A stretch of 64,000 nt of DNA, taken from contig OY762069.1 of the NCBI GenBank assembly GCA_963665095.1, positions 1,504,001-1,568,000 of the forward strand. The letters are read 5' to 3'. Both the position numbers and the translations under genes were made by a program. The DNA is from an uncultured Desulfobacter sp. Lineage in GTDB: Bacteria; Desulfobacterota; Desulfobacteria; Desulfobacterales; Desulfobacteraceae. Of the stretch, positions 10,815 to 21,993 are shown one piece after another. Below the pieces are notes generated by a model. That model did no database searches and had not been told where the DNA came from. It saw nothing but the letters and a program-made list of their open reading frames with translations. Positions within the stretch are counted from its first letter, which is position 1; every line of letters starts with the position of its first letter.

Positions 10815-10853
10815 GATTGACAGAGCCAGATTGCCAAGCCGGCTCTGTCAATC
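10815..10853. terminator. 13-bp-stem hairpin, possible terminator
   Basis: GATTGACAGAGCC / GGCTCTGTCAATC perfect inverted repeat. Confidence 0.45.
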
Positions 10854-11159
10854 CGATCCGGACGACTTGGTTTCAATCGTCCAACTGAGTAATTTCAAGG
10901 TTCATAAACTTGTACAAAGGCAGCGTCCGGGCAATTTCTTTGGCCTGGCTTTTGGATTCACATTGCCAAACTGTCCATGCGCCCGATTGGTCAGCCGAAA
11001 GATCCTCCAGGCTGGTGTAAAGATAATACCATGCTGTTTTGAAACGGCAAGGACAACCGTTATACAGGGCTTTTATTGTTGACCTGTATGGCTTAACAGA
11101 AGGGCGTGTTTTCCACTTAAGAAGTCCCGATCAGTGGTCGTAGATTGGGGGTAGGCGCA

Positions 11160-11180
11160 CGAATCCTGTCAGGCCCACCA
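11160..11180 (+). other. Isolated tRNA 3'-end fragment (putative att core of an integrative element)
   Basis: CGAAT-CCTGT-CAGGCCC-A-CCA matches T-loop remainder, T-stem, acceptor strand, discriminator and CCA; no 5' half upstream. Confidence 0.65.
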
Positions 11181-11909
11181 CGAAACACAAAGGTTTCCAG
11201 ATCTATTTTTTCACCGTTGTCCGCATTTTTAAACTTCCAGCTTTCTGATCGTCATGATATCAACCCGCTGTGGTGGCGGTGTCTTTTCAGTCCTGACTGT
11301 AATGTCATCCTGTGAGATATTTTTTATCGATGCAATGAGTTCTTTTACTCTTGACCTGCAGAAGTTCCCCTGACAATTTCCCATGCCTGCTCGCGTTCTG
11401 CGTTTAACGGCATCTGTTGAACTAATCTCAATCCCCCTGGTAAAAGCATCTTTTATTTCAGCTTCTGTCACTTTTTCACATCTGCAGATAATGTGTTCTT
11501 CGGGATTTTCAGATTCAAGTTCACCTTTGAACTGTGAAGATTTATTGCGAATGATCGGTGGCCTGTTTGGGTTCCAATCTGCTTTTATCTTGGCGACAAC
11601 GCCATCTTCTATCAGCATATCTGTTACATAAGCTGCTATAGCTGGCGAACTTGTGAGTCCCGGAGAGTCGATCCCCACCAAGTGGTATACCCCTTTTTCA
11701 GTGCCGCGGTTGATAATTGTAGATTCCCGAAATAACCTGAACAAAAACCCGCCAAATTTTTCATATTAAATTGACAAAGTTCCATTTTTCTCAAATTATC
11801 CTGTACAGGTTCTGATCAAAGCATTCTGACAAAAATGAAAAGGGCGAAAAGCTTTGCAGAGCCTCGCCCTTAAGACCGGGATTTATAAAATCCCAAAACA
11901 ACCATAAAA

Positions 11910-12356
11910 ATGATAATAAAGGTCAAAGCTGATATCAAGCAAATTTTCAAGCAGGGCAAAAATTTTACATGGCCAAAACCGTCACGATGTCCACATTGCA
12001 ACGACTCCAGGCTGTGGGGACACGGCTTTGTACTCTCCTTTTTTGATGGATTTGATCAAGGGGTGTATTTGAAGCGATATCGCTGCCCCTATTGCAAAAC
12101 CGTATTCAAATTGAAGCCATATGGTTTTTTCAAGAGGTTCCAGGCCAGTATCTGGCAAATCCTTACCAGCATTATGAGTCGTCTATACACTGACCGGTAT
12201 CTGCCGGAACTCTCCTGGAACCGACAGCATTTTTGGTTTACTGCATTGAAACGAAATATAGCGGCCTACCTGTCCAACAGTTGGGACAAAGGTGTGGTTG
12301 CTGGTTTTATCAAGCTAATCGGTATGGGTAAAATCCCGGTTACCAGTTCAATTTAA
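11910..12356 (+). CDS. Small putative zinc-ribbon protein (DUF6431-like)
   Basis: CPHC...WGHG...RYRCPYC; first ORF inside the element. Confidence 0.6.
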   Translation: MIIKVKADIKQIFKQGKNFTWPKPSRCPHCNDSRLWGHGFVLSFFDGFDQGVYLKRYRCPYCKTVFKLKPYGFFKRFQASIWQILTSIMSRLYTDRYLPELSWNRQHFWFTALKRNIAAYLSNSWDKGVVAGFIKLIGMGKIPVTSSI

Positions 12357-12459
12357 CCATGGGGCTGGATCAGGTTTAAACCACCCTACCGAAGGCTGTG
12401 ATTTACCGAAGGATCATACTGTCATACAAGCCCTTAGAACCAAATTTTAAGGAGGAAGT

Positions 12460-13716
12460 ATGACAGAAAATCAGAAAAATGAGGTTGCCGTGTTCAGGTT
12501 TGGGGTCATTTGTGAATTTGTGACCGGAACAAATTTTGATTACGGTGAAAAAGAACGAATTTTACAGCAGAAGTGCGCCCGCAAATGGTCCATCCCGTAT
12601 TCTGGAAGGACCAGGCTTTCCAGAAGTACGATTCTGGGATGGGTCCGGCAGTATAACGGTCGAATAGAGTCTCTTTACCCCAAAGACCGTTCAGACCAGG
12701 GAAAATCAAGGGTATTCGATGACGAGACTGCATCTCAACTAATCAAACTCCGGTTAGACCAGCCTGATGCGACAGTCGATACATTGATCTGTTCACTTCA
12801 AAAAACTACATGCCAGACATACAGTCCATCCAGTGTATACCGTTTTTTACGCGGCCGGGGGCTAATGAACACGGCCCGGCCAGAGGATAGAAGAAAGTTT
12901 GAAGCCCCGCACCCCAATGATATGTGGCAAAGCGACGTCATGCACGGCCCTACAGTCCTGGTTCAGGATAAGCAAAGAAAAACGTACCTGATTGCCATTA
13001 TGGACGATCATTCCAGGCTGGTTACGGCTGCAGGTTTTTATTTATCTGAGAATCTGAAGACCTATCTTATGGTGCTGGAGCAGGCTTTTTTGAGCCGTGG
13101 GCTTCCCCGCAAGCTGTATGTAGATAACGGTCCTGCGTTCAGATCCCATCATTTAAAATATGTAGCAGCGTCTCTGTCCATCGCTTTAATCCATGCAAGG
13201 CCATATAAGCCCCAGGGGAAAGGTAAAATCGAGCGCTGGTTCAGAACGGTTCGGCTTCAGTTTCTGCAAAGATTTACAGGTAAGACCCTGGATGATCTGA
13301 ATGGGGCATTTGAGAAGTGGCTTCATAATGAGTACCATCAGCGTAAACACAGCTCCACAGGCGAATCACCGTTTAAAAGATTTACCTCGGCCATGGAGTG
13401 CATCCGTACCGCCCCACCGGATCTGAAAGACCACTTCCGCAAAACCGCCCGGCGCAAGGTGGCAAAGGACCGAACCATAACCCTTGACGGCAACATGTTT
13501 GAGGCCCCGGTTGCGCTGATCGGCAGACATGTGGATGTAAAGTACCATGAGGACACCCCTTTGCAGGCTGAAGTTATCTATAAAGCAAAGTCTTATGGCT
13601 TGTTAACCCCGGTGGACCTTGCTGTGAACTGCCGGGTCAAGCGGCACCGCTGGAACGAAAATGATATCCGGATTATGCCTGAACCCTCAAATTACAAGGG
13701 AGGGCAACTGTTATGA
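12460..13716 (+). CDS. DDE transposase/integrase (rve core, Mu-like C-terminus)
   Basis: WQSDVMHG, DDHSR, YVDNG and GKGKIERWFRT motifs. Confidence 0.9.
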   Translation: MTENQKNEVAVFRFGVICEFVTGTNFDYGEKERILQQKCARKWSIPYSGRTRLSRSTILGWVRQYNGRIESLYPKDRSDQGKSRVFDDETASQLIKLRLDQPDATVDTLICSLQKTTCQTYSPSSVYRFLRGRGLMNTARPEDRRKFEAPHPNDMWQSDVMHGPTVLVQDKQRKTYLIAIMDDHSRLVTAAGFYLSENLKTYLMVLEQAFLSRGLPRKLYVDNGPAFRSHHLKYVAASLSIALIHARPYKPQGKGKIERWFRTVRLQFLQRFTGKTLDDLNGAFEKWLHNEYHQRKHSSTGESPFKRFTSAMECIRTAPPDLKDHFRKTARRKVAKDRTITLDGNMFEAPVALIGRHVDVKYHEDTPLQAEVIYKAKSYGLLTPVDLAVNCRVKRHRWNENDIRIMPEPSNYKGGQLL

Positions 13717-14522
13717 GTGAAATGTATCGCACCTTTTTTGGCTTATCCAGGGAGGCCTTCCCGGCGCAGATAGAAATTAATGATATCCTGGTTACCCCGG
13801 AGGTCTCGGGCGTTAAAAATCGGATTGATTATTCCTTAAGACTTGGCTGCAGTGCGGTTATCACAGGGGATGTGGGCAGCGGAAAGTCCACCGCCTTAAG
13901 GTATGCCGCCTCATCCCTACACCCTTCGGAATACAAAGTCTTTTATGTTACGGCCTCAAGCGGTTCCATCATGGAACTTTACCGGCAGATTGTTGAAGAA
14001 CTGGGCATAGAGCGGACATCGACGTCCCGCGCTGTTATGATCTCCATTATTAAAAATGAAATACGTGAATTCGTCCTGGGAAAAAAGATCAAAACCGTTT
14101 TGATTATAGATGAGGCATCTCTGCTTCGCATGGAAGTCTTTGCCGAACTTCACACCCTGGTTCAATTTGAAAAAGACGCCATGCCCTGGCTGCCTGTGAT
14201 CCTTGCAGGTCAGCCGACATTGATAGATAAGCTTCAGTACCGGACGTCAATCCCGTTTGCATCCAGGATTGTGGCTAAAAGCCATCTGGATGGTCTGGAT
14301 GTGGCTGGAATGAAAACTTACCTGATCCATCATTTAAAACTATGCGGTGTTGACACCAACTTTTTTTCTGACCAGGCGGTGACTGCGATTCATCAAGGCT
14401 CCGGCGGCCTTTTACGAAAGGCGAATAATCTTGCCAGAGGCTCATTGATTGCTGCTGCGGCAGAAAAATCAATGACGGTATCTGCAGAGCATGTCCGCAT
14501 TGCTTCATCGGAGATTTTTTAA
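13713..14522 (+). CDS. ExeA-like AAA ATPase (transposition helper)
   Basis: Walker A GDVGSGKST, Walker B IIDEA, ILAGQP; ATGA overlap with the transposase. Confidence 0.85.
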   Translation: MSEMYRTFFGLSREAFPAQIEINDILVTPEVSGVKNRIDYSLRLGCSAVITGDVGSGKSTALRYAASSLHPSEYKVFYVTASSGSIMELYRQIVEELGIERTSTSRAVMISIIKNEIREFVLGKKIKTVLIIDEASLLRMEVFAELHTLVQFEKDAMPWLPVILAGQPTLIDKLQYRTSIPFASRIVAKSHLDGLDVAGMKTYLIHHLKLCGVDTNFFSDQAVTAIHQGSGGLLRKANNLARGSLIAAAAEKSMTVSAEHVRIASSEIF

Positions 14523-16433
14523 GAAAAAACAGCCATAGAGCAGAATATTACGATTTCGGTGAAACGGAGCCGGGCTCTGCTGAGGAGCAACCTGGTAAGG
14601 GATAGCCGGAAGCAGGCAGCATTGAATAATGCGCCAGGGGAAGTGGGGATTACCTGCTTCCCCTTTCTGCTTTATTCAAGCTGTTCTGCCTATGCCTTAA
14701 AAACCTACTGAGAAGGAGCGCAGCGACTTCTGTAGCTGTCTTAAATAATATGGAAAAGATTTAATCTGTTCAAAATAATTAGAAAATTTAAGTCAGGATA
14801 AAATGCGACTCAACAATAATAAAATCACCTGTTTCAGACATTGCCCTGATACCTGAAAACGTGGTTAATGAACGTTTGATATCAAACCCCGGAACCGAGA
14901 GTCTGGCTTTTTCGATAATGACTTCTAACGCTTTGGACGTCGTATCCGTATCAACCGGCAAAAATAGATCCTCGGCATCCGGTCCGATCATAAGGTTTGC
15001 ATGAACGGTTGGCGTTACCAAGATTCCCTTTCCCTTTGGCCCAGGCGCTTGAAAGATAACCTTGTCAGCCATATGTGCCTGGTCTTTTCCCAATAATAGA
15101 TATTGACCTTTACGTGGCTTAATGGTCAAAGGATCACCTAAAATTGCGGCTATTTTTCCACTGGCAAGTCCTGCAGCGTTGATAATATTTTTCGTTTCGT
15201 AGGTTCTGTTTACAGTTGTTACTTTAAAGCCTTCCAAATTTTTCTTTATATCTTCAACACCTTCTGAAAATTTAAATTCTACACCATTTGCAATGGCATT
15301 TTCAGACAGCGCTATTGTGAATTCATATGGTGAGGTGATTCCAATACTTGGAATGTACACGCCACCTAAGACTTCTGGATTGACATAAGGTAATAATTCA
15401 AGCATCTCTTCCCGGGACTTCATCACCATATCGGTTTGACCGACTTTTATGCCGTTTTCAATTTGTCTGTCTATGGTTTTAAAATCCTCCTCTTCAAAGG
15501 CCAGCATCACCCCGCCAGTCGATTTATATCCAAAATGCAATTCTGACTCTAACTGTTTATACATGGCATTACCCTTTATACACAGCTCCCCTTTGAGTGT
15601 GCCGTACTTACCCGCGTAACCGCCATGTACAATCCCGCTATTGGCCTTTGATGCGCCTAATGAGACATCGGATTCTTTCTCAAAGAGTGCGATGGATACG
15701 TTGCTGTATTTTGATAGGTTCCTTGCAATTGCGCATCCCACAACGCCTCCACCAATAATTATGATGTCATACATAAATTTCTTCCTCGCTTAAAATAGAA
15801 TCGTGTCTACTGGTGCCCTGAAATAGGCCTTTTTAACATACAACAGCATCATCTATCAAAACGTAACTATTCACCCTGATCCGCCATCAGGTTACCATCT
15901 GCAGCGTTGGCTGCAAGGCAAAAGGCTTGCTGAGTATACGTATACACCTCTAAGGGTGTGATCAGGGAAAAATTTTTGTTTCCACAGGGATATTGAATTC
16001 CTTAAAAATCACGGTGACCAGATCAATGGCTGGTCCTCCAGATGATCGCCCAACCATTTAGAAAAGAACCATGAAGTGAACTGAGTGATTAGATCATTCA
16101 TCCCGCAGCAGACAAGGATGTGTCAACCCTTCATTCTTTCACCCAAGGCAATAGCCTTATCCTTCTCGTCAGATTAAAGCCAATTAGAGAGGACATACTT
16201 TTAATAATAGTGTTGGGTTTTGAATTCACACCGGGTCCATTCCGATAATGATGTAGTCATCTGGTTCTGAGTTGATATTTTGCTCTCTTTTGTATTCTAA
16301 AATTTTCATTGTAAAGGTTTGCATACTCCATTTCAGAAACCATTATTGGGTTGATAATTGAATTTGAAGTTAGTATAGGACAACTATTTGATCATGAAAT
16401 GTAGTTGTTCAAATTTGAGAAAAAATTGTTAAT

Positions 16434-18035
16434 ATGATGATGCATATAAATCCGACCACGACAGAAACAGATGAACTACCAATCATTCCCATTGTTGATA
16501 TTTTTGCCGGCCCGGGGGGGTTGGGAGAAGGTTTCTCCGCTTTTCAATACAAAAATAATAATATTTTTAAAATTGTGTTTTCCGTCGAGAAGGACTTTTT
16601 CGCACACCAGACTTTAATGTTGAGAAGCTTTTTAAGGAATTTTGGTAAAAACAAATTTCCTGATGAATACTACGCATTCATTAGAGGAGAAATATCACTT
16701 GAAGATTTATACTCAGCGTTTCCCAAAGAAAGTGATTTGGCCCAAGGTGAAGCCTGTCACGGGACTTTGGGTGAAATTGATCAGTCGAAATTGGACAATA
16801 AAATAACTAAGGCCATTAATGGGGTTAAAAACTGGGTGCTAATCGGAGGTCCGCCGTGCCAAGCCTACTCAACAGTCGGTAGGTCTCGAAATAAGGGTAA
16901 ACAAGAGTATGTCCCCGAAAAAGATGATAAGCATTTTTTATATAAGGAATACCTTAGAATAATTGCGCACAACTGGCCTGCTGTTTTTATAATGGAGAAT
17001 GTAAAGGGGATCTTATCTTCAAAAATAAAGGGGAATTTAATTTTTCCTCATATTTTGTCTGATTTGAAAGATCCTGCACGGGCATTTAATAATGGAACGG
17101 GAGAAAAACAATATAAATATAAAATTTTTTCTTTAGCAAAGCCTCCAGATAGTGGTAGTGTTCAAGGCTTTCCTGTGTATAAAAATGTCCAAGATTATAT
17201 CATAAAAAGTGAAGAATATGGGATTCCTCAAACAAGGCATAGAGTTATTCTGCTTGGCATAAGAGAAGACTGTTTTAAAGAGAATCCCTCTATCCTCAAA
17301 AAATCCAAGCCAGTTTCTGTAAAGAAAATTATAGGGGGGTTACCGAAGCTCCGGAGTGGATTTTCAAGGGGAAAAGATTCTGGAACTCGATGGCTTAACT
17401 GGCTGTCCAAAATTCCTGAAAATCCATGGGTTATAGAAAAATCAGGTAACGAACTCAATCAAAAAATCAGGAGACAAATTGTTACAGATGTAAAAAAAAT
17501 CAAACTACCTAAACACGGAAGGGGTGGTGAGTATATTCCTTGCCGTGTGGCAGTTGATTGTCTCCAGGATTGGTACCTGGATCCAAAAATAAAGGGCGTA
17601 TGTAACAGTACAACCAGGGGGCATATGGATACAGATCTTTATCGGTATTTTTATGCAGCATGTTTTTCAAAAGTTAAAAAGAACGCCCCTGTACTTTCAA
17701 AATTCCCCGACAGTCTGCTTCCAAATCATAAAAATGCCCAAAGACCCAGCAAGCACGGAAATTTTGCAGATCGTTTCAGAGTTCAGGTCAGTTCAAGACC
17801 CTCAACCACGATTATGAGCCATATTGCCAAGGATGGGCATTACTACATACATTATGACCCCAGACAATGCAGGAGTCTCACTGTAAGAGAGGCTGCAAGA
17901 CTACAGACTTTTCCAGATAATTATTTTTTTTGTGGTGCAAGAACTCAACAATACACACAGGTTGGCAATGCGGTCCCCCCATTTCTGGCCTGCCAAATTG
18001 CCGAAGTCGTATTTAAAGTGCTTTTTAAAAGATGA
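16434..18035 (+). CDS. dcm: DNA (cytosine-5)-methyltransferase (DrmMII/Dcm-like)
   Basis: DIFAGPGG (motif I), GGPPCQ (IV), ENVKG (VI), QTRHR (VIII), REAARLQTFP and QVGNAVPP motifs. Confidence 0.93.
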   Translation: MMMHINPTTTETDELPIIPIVDIFAGPGGLGEGFSAFQYKNNNIFKIVFSVEKDFFAHQTLMLRSFLRNFGKNKFPDEYYAFIRGEISLEDLYSAFPKESDLAQGEACHGTLGEIDQSKLDNKITKAINGVKNWVLIGGPPCQAYSTVGRSRNKGKQEYVPEKDDKHFLYKEYLRIIAHNWPAVFIMENVKGILSSKIKGNLIFPHILSDLKDPARAFNNGTGEKQYKYKIFSLAKPPDSGSVQGFPVYKNVQDYIIKSEEYGIPQTRHRVILLGIREDCFKENPSILKKSKPVSVKKIIGGLPKLRSGFSRGKDSGTRWLNWLSKIPENPWVIEKSGNELNQKIRRQIVTDVKKIKLPKHGRGGEYIPCRVAVDCLQDWYLDPKIKGVCNSTTRGHMDTDLYRYFYAACFSKVKKNAPVLSKFPDSLLPNHKNAQRPSKHGNFADRFRVQVSSRPSTTIMSHIAKDGHYYIHYDPRQCRSLTVREAARLQTFPDNYFFCGARTQQYTQVGNAVPPFLACQIAEVVFKVLFKR

Positions 18036-18460
18036 TGGCTGAAATGGATAACTTATCAAAAGAAAAACGCAGTTGGAATATGGCTCAAATTACAGCTGCA
18101 AATACAAAGCCGGAAATTAAAGTTCGATCCATTTTGCATAGAGCAGGTTTCCGTTTTCGGCTACATAGAAAAGACCTACCAGGAAGGCCTGATATTGTTC
18201 TGCCAAAATACAATACTGCTATTTTCGTACACGGATGCTTCTGGCACAGGCACTTCGGATGCAAATTTGCCTATTTCCCCAAATCCAGGATCGAATTCTG
18301 GAAGGAAAAATTTGAAAAGACGGTCAAAAGGGATGAATTCGTTCAAATAGAGTTAAAAAAAGCTGGTTGGCGGGTGATTGTCGTATGGGAATGTGAAATC
18401 AAATCGAATGACATTGAGTCAAAACTTAAATCATTAATATTGAATAGGGACGACAACTGA
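18032..18460 (+). CDS. vsr: Very short patch repair endonuclease
   Basis: RSWNM...TKPE, LPGRPDIV, FVHGCFWHRH and GWRVIVVWEC motifs. Confidence 0.93.
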   Translation: MMAEMDNLSKEKRSWNMAQITAANTKPEIKVRSILHRAGFRFRLHRKDLPGRPDIVLPKYNTAIFVHGCFWHRHFGCKFAYFPKSRIEFWKEKFEKTVKRDEFVQIELKKAGWRVIVVWECEIKSNDIESKLKSLILNRDDN

Positions 18461-20310
18461 CACTTTCACCGATACAAAATCAAATCGTTCAATCTCCTGC
18501 AGGAAATATGCTTCTTGTAAAAGCCGGGCCTGGTACAGGTAAAACCTACAGCCTGATTGAAAGAATAAAATATCTTGTGGAACATGAAAAGTTGGAACCG
18601 GCTGTTCAGCTTCTCATTCTAAGTTTTTCCGTTGCCGCCGCTCAGGAAATAAAAGGCAGACTTCAACAGGCTGTAGAAAAACAAAGCTTTGATGATGAAC
18701 TGTTATATGTAAATATTCGAACCTTCGACTCCTTTGCATCCGGCTTCATGTATAGCTGGGACCCTGATATAAAACTTGAAGATAAAAACTACGAATCCCG
18801 AATTAAAATGGCAACGGAGTTGATCAACAATGTGGAGGGAGCTGGAGCTCGTCTGAAAAGTTACAGGCATATCATGATTGACGAGATTCAAGATCTGGTT
18901 GGGCCCAGAGCCTTGTTCAGCCTATCAATTATTAAAACAGCAGAATGTGGGTTTACGCTATTTGGTGACCCTGCTCAATCAATTTATAATTTTTTAAGAA
19001 AAGACGATCAGGAAGGCCTTACTTCGGACGAGTTTATTCTTAATGTCAAAAAAGCGTATCCAAAAACAAATGAGATCAATCTTCTTAAAAATTACAGAGT
19101 CGGCGACAATATAGAACTTCGGAGTATCGCAGAAGGAGGGAGGCAAAAACTTCTGGCCTGCACTCCGAACGAAGCATATTTTTATTTAAAAAATATATTT
19201 TCTGATTTAAAAGATTTTGGGAACATTAACGATATAACCCTGCCCTCAGATTTGCATACTTCAAAAACCGCGGTGCTATGCAGGACAAATGGGCAGGCCC
19301 TTCTTGCCGCAGGGCAGTTTTTTAAAAAAAACGGAAGATTTTTTATAAAAAGATCGGAAGAAGAAGCCTGCATCCAACCATGGATTGGCCGTCTATTGTT
19401 TAACTGGCACAGCCAGGTGATTAAAAAACAGGAATTTATCAAGTCTCTTTCCGAACTTGGGCATTCATTTTTTGTACAAGCAGATTCAATTTGGTCAGAT
19501 TTGGTAAGGCTTACGAAAACCAATGGAAATGCTGTTTCAGCTGTCACATTAAGAAGGATTTTGCTTGAGGGCGACTGTTTTGCCATTGATGAGTTCAGTC
19601 CTGGGCCTGATGAAGTAATAATTTCATCCATTCACCGTTCCAAAGGCAGAGAGTTCGATAACGTTGTCCTTGTTGTAAAAGAAGATATAAGGGAAGAGGA
19701 TTTTCTTGATGAAGGCCGGGTACTGTTTGTTGGTTTGACCCGGGCACAAAAGCAGCTTTTCAAGTTATCAGAAAGAGGGGGTGCTGGGCTAAAAAAAGTT
19801 CGGGAACGGTGGATCCGTATCATGTCTAACAGACAGGGAAACCTTTTGTTAACAGCAATTGAACTTGGAATTTCTGGCGATATCGATATTCATTCGCCAG
19901 TCTGTTTAAAATTTTTTGATTATGATTTAGATGAAATAAAACAGGGGCAGACTGATATTTGGAGTAAAGTCAGACGGGGGAGCGCCGTCCGGCTGAAATA
20001 TTGGGAATGTCAAAACGGAATACCTGTTTATTCAGTGGAAGTGGAGATTGATCATAATTTTATTGCCCTTTCCTGGACAACGATACATTTCGGGAGTGAA
20101 ATTCGAAAAATCCTTCAGGAAATAACCCAAAGAGGAGTTATCAAAAAATTTCCTACCGAGATAACCGATGTCTGGGTGAAAGATATAGTTACTGAGGTGG
20201 GAAACTTAGGACATGAAGACATTCCCCGTTCTATTCTGATTTCAGGGGTGTGGCTTGGGATAAGGATTCAGGGGCTGGGAAACTGTAGAGAGTGGAGGGA
20301 GATGAATTGA
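18457..20310 (+). CDS. UvrD/REP-like SF1 helicase with unknown C-terminal domain
   Basis: AGPGTGKT, IDEIQD, FGDPAQSIY, NYR, SIHRSKGREFD and FVGLTRA motifs; start probably CTG 18457 (first ATG is 18508). Confidence 0.85.
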   Translation: MTLSPIQNQIVQSPAGNMLLVKAGPGTGKTYSLIERIKYLVEHEKLEPAVQLLILSFSVAAAQEIKGRLQQAVEKQSFDDELLYVNIRTFDSFASGFMYSWDPDIKLEDKNYESRIKMATELINNVEGAGARLKSYRHIMIDEIQDLVGPRALFSLSIIKTAECGFTLFGDPAQSIYNFLRKDDQEGLTSDEFILNVKKAYPKTNEINLLKNYRVGDNIELRSIAEGGRQKLLACTPNEAYFYLKNIFSDLKDFGNINDITLPSDLHTSKTAVLCRTNGQALLAAGQFFKKNGRFFIKRSEEEACIQPWIGRLLFNWHSQVIKKQEFIKSLSELGHSFFVQADSIWSDLVRLTKTNGNAVSAVTLRRILLEGDCFAIDEFSPGPDEVIISSIHRSKGREFDNVVLVVKEDIREEDFLDEGRVLFVGLTRAQKQLFKLSERGGAGLKKVRERWIRIMSNRQGNLLLTAIELGISGDIDIHSPVCLKFFDYDLDEIKQGQTDIWSKVRRGSAVRLKYWECQNGIPVYSVEVEIDHNFIALSWTTIHFGSEIRKILQEITQRGVIKKFPTEITDVWVKDIVTEVGNLGHEDIPRSILISGVWLGIRIQGLGNCREWREMN

Positions 20311-21993
20311 ATAATCATGTTAATGCAAGAAATGATTTGATCAATTACCTGAAACGGGATCAGTTTGGCCCTTATGGCGGTGAAGTAGAGGAATTACCTG
20401 AAAACCCACTTAGAAGATATATGGTCGGTATACTTCATCCTCAGGGCAGTACGTTCACAGAAGCAAAAAATGACGGCGGTGTAGGTGGAGAATCCGGTAC
20501 TAAAGCAGATGACACAGAAATGGGCCTGAGTATGAGTAACACTCTTGCGCCATCCAGTTTCGGGCTTAGTTTCGCCTGTTCTAATGAAATAGACGCAGTT
20601 GAGGTATACGTCTCTGCCGGTAAGTATTTGCCAGCAGAAATTAGTCACATGGAAGCTGACAGCTCTCCGGACGGAAATAAAACAGTAAAGTGGAAAAGAG
20701 AAGATATCCGATGGTCCGGCCCGATTTTTATTAACGAAGCTGGAGATCAGAAAAAGTTACTCTTTGGTGAATGTCTGACAATAAGAGCCAGAGTCCGATC
20801 TGTTGATAAATTCGGAAAAAGATCTGTGACTCTTTCTGTAGTTAATGAGCAAAAATGTTCAGCAGACAGCAGGCAAAAAGACCGTGCGTTACGCAGCTTT
20901 TTTCAGGTTGCGTTTGGAGCCGTCAGCCTTGATGAAAAATTTCCTTTTGTCAATCGAACAACCGGGATAACTGACTCTTCTGTTTCAGAAGAAAATGCCC
21001 TGCGTCTTATTTATAGAAATATTCATACTTATGCGGTTGGGCATGGCTGCTCTGCTGACTGGGAAAAAGATTCTGAAAAAGAAAGATGCCGAAGCGTTTT
21101 TTCAAGTTTTGTTCCAACACATACTGTTTACCCTATGATTCAACCCAAGGATTACGGCCTTCCAGAGTACAGTCTTAAAGAAATATCAGAGAGTTCACTC
21201 CCAGATCTCCAGAGTCTGTTATCAGTTATACCGGAAAGTTATTCGTATTGGATTGAAGATCTTGAAAAGCAGATTCCAGCTCTGGATAAAAACCTCCAGC
21301 CTCAGGCTAAGGAGCATATTCGATTGTGTTGTGAAGCCTCAAACCGGATTCGTAATGGAATAGATCTGCTGGGAGAAGATGAAATGGTATTTTCTGCTTT
21401 TATATTAATGCATAAAGCTATGTTGCAGCAGGTTGCAAGATCTCAATGGATCAAAAACAATTATCCGGAAGAAGGTCCTCAGTTAACTAATGAACATGCC
21501 TGGTATCCATTTCAGATTGCTTTTATTTTGCAGAATCTGCCATCGTTGGTAGATCCTGGTTCAGATGACAGGAATACAGTTGATTTGTTGTGGTTTCCTA
21601 CAGGCGGCGGAAAAACCGAAGCATATCTGGGGATTATTGCTTTTATGCTTTTTTTCAGGCGATTGAGAAGCCTTAAAAAAGGGGGAAATGGAGGCGGAAC
21701 ATCGGCACTGATGCGATATACACTTCGATTGCTTACAGTGGATCAGTTTTACAGGGCGGCTCTTCTGATATGTGCATGTGAAACAATTCGACAGGATGCT
21801 TCCGTTTCCATCGCGGGTACGGCACCGATAAGTATCGGGCTGTGGGTTGGATCCGAAGCATGCCCCAATACCCGAAAAGATGCACGGGAAAAACTTGAAG
21901 CTATTAAAAAAGGCCATGACGCAGGCGAATCAGGCGATCCCCTGAAGATTAAACAATGCCCGTGGTGCGGAACCGAAATAATCCCTTCAGATT

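Larger units (their letters stand above)
11718..14815 (+). mobile_element. 3.1-kb three-gene transposable element (Zn-finger ORF, DDE transposase, AAA ATPase)
   Basis: TGT...ACA ends with imperfect inverted repeats; 5-bp target duplication ATAAT (11713-11717 / 14816-14820). Confidence 0.88.
11229..15774 (-). pseudogene. FAD-dependent oxidoreductase (GlpA/LhgO-like with C-terminal BFD-like 2Fe-2S domain), split by a mobile element
   Basis: N-part 14816-15774 (GGGVVG, GASKANSGIVH); C-part 11229-11717 (GIDSPGLT, ICRCE, TRAGMGNCQGNFC); removing the insert restores GDFIINRG in frame. Confidence 0.88.

Noticed and set aside
15860..16310. GTAACTATTCACCC (IS-end-like) and short ORF scraps before the MTase
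   Set aside because: No partner end, target duplication or recognisable transposase
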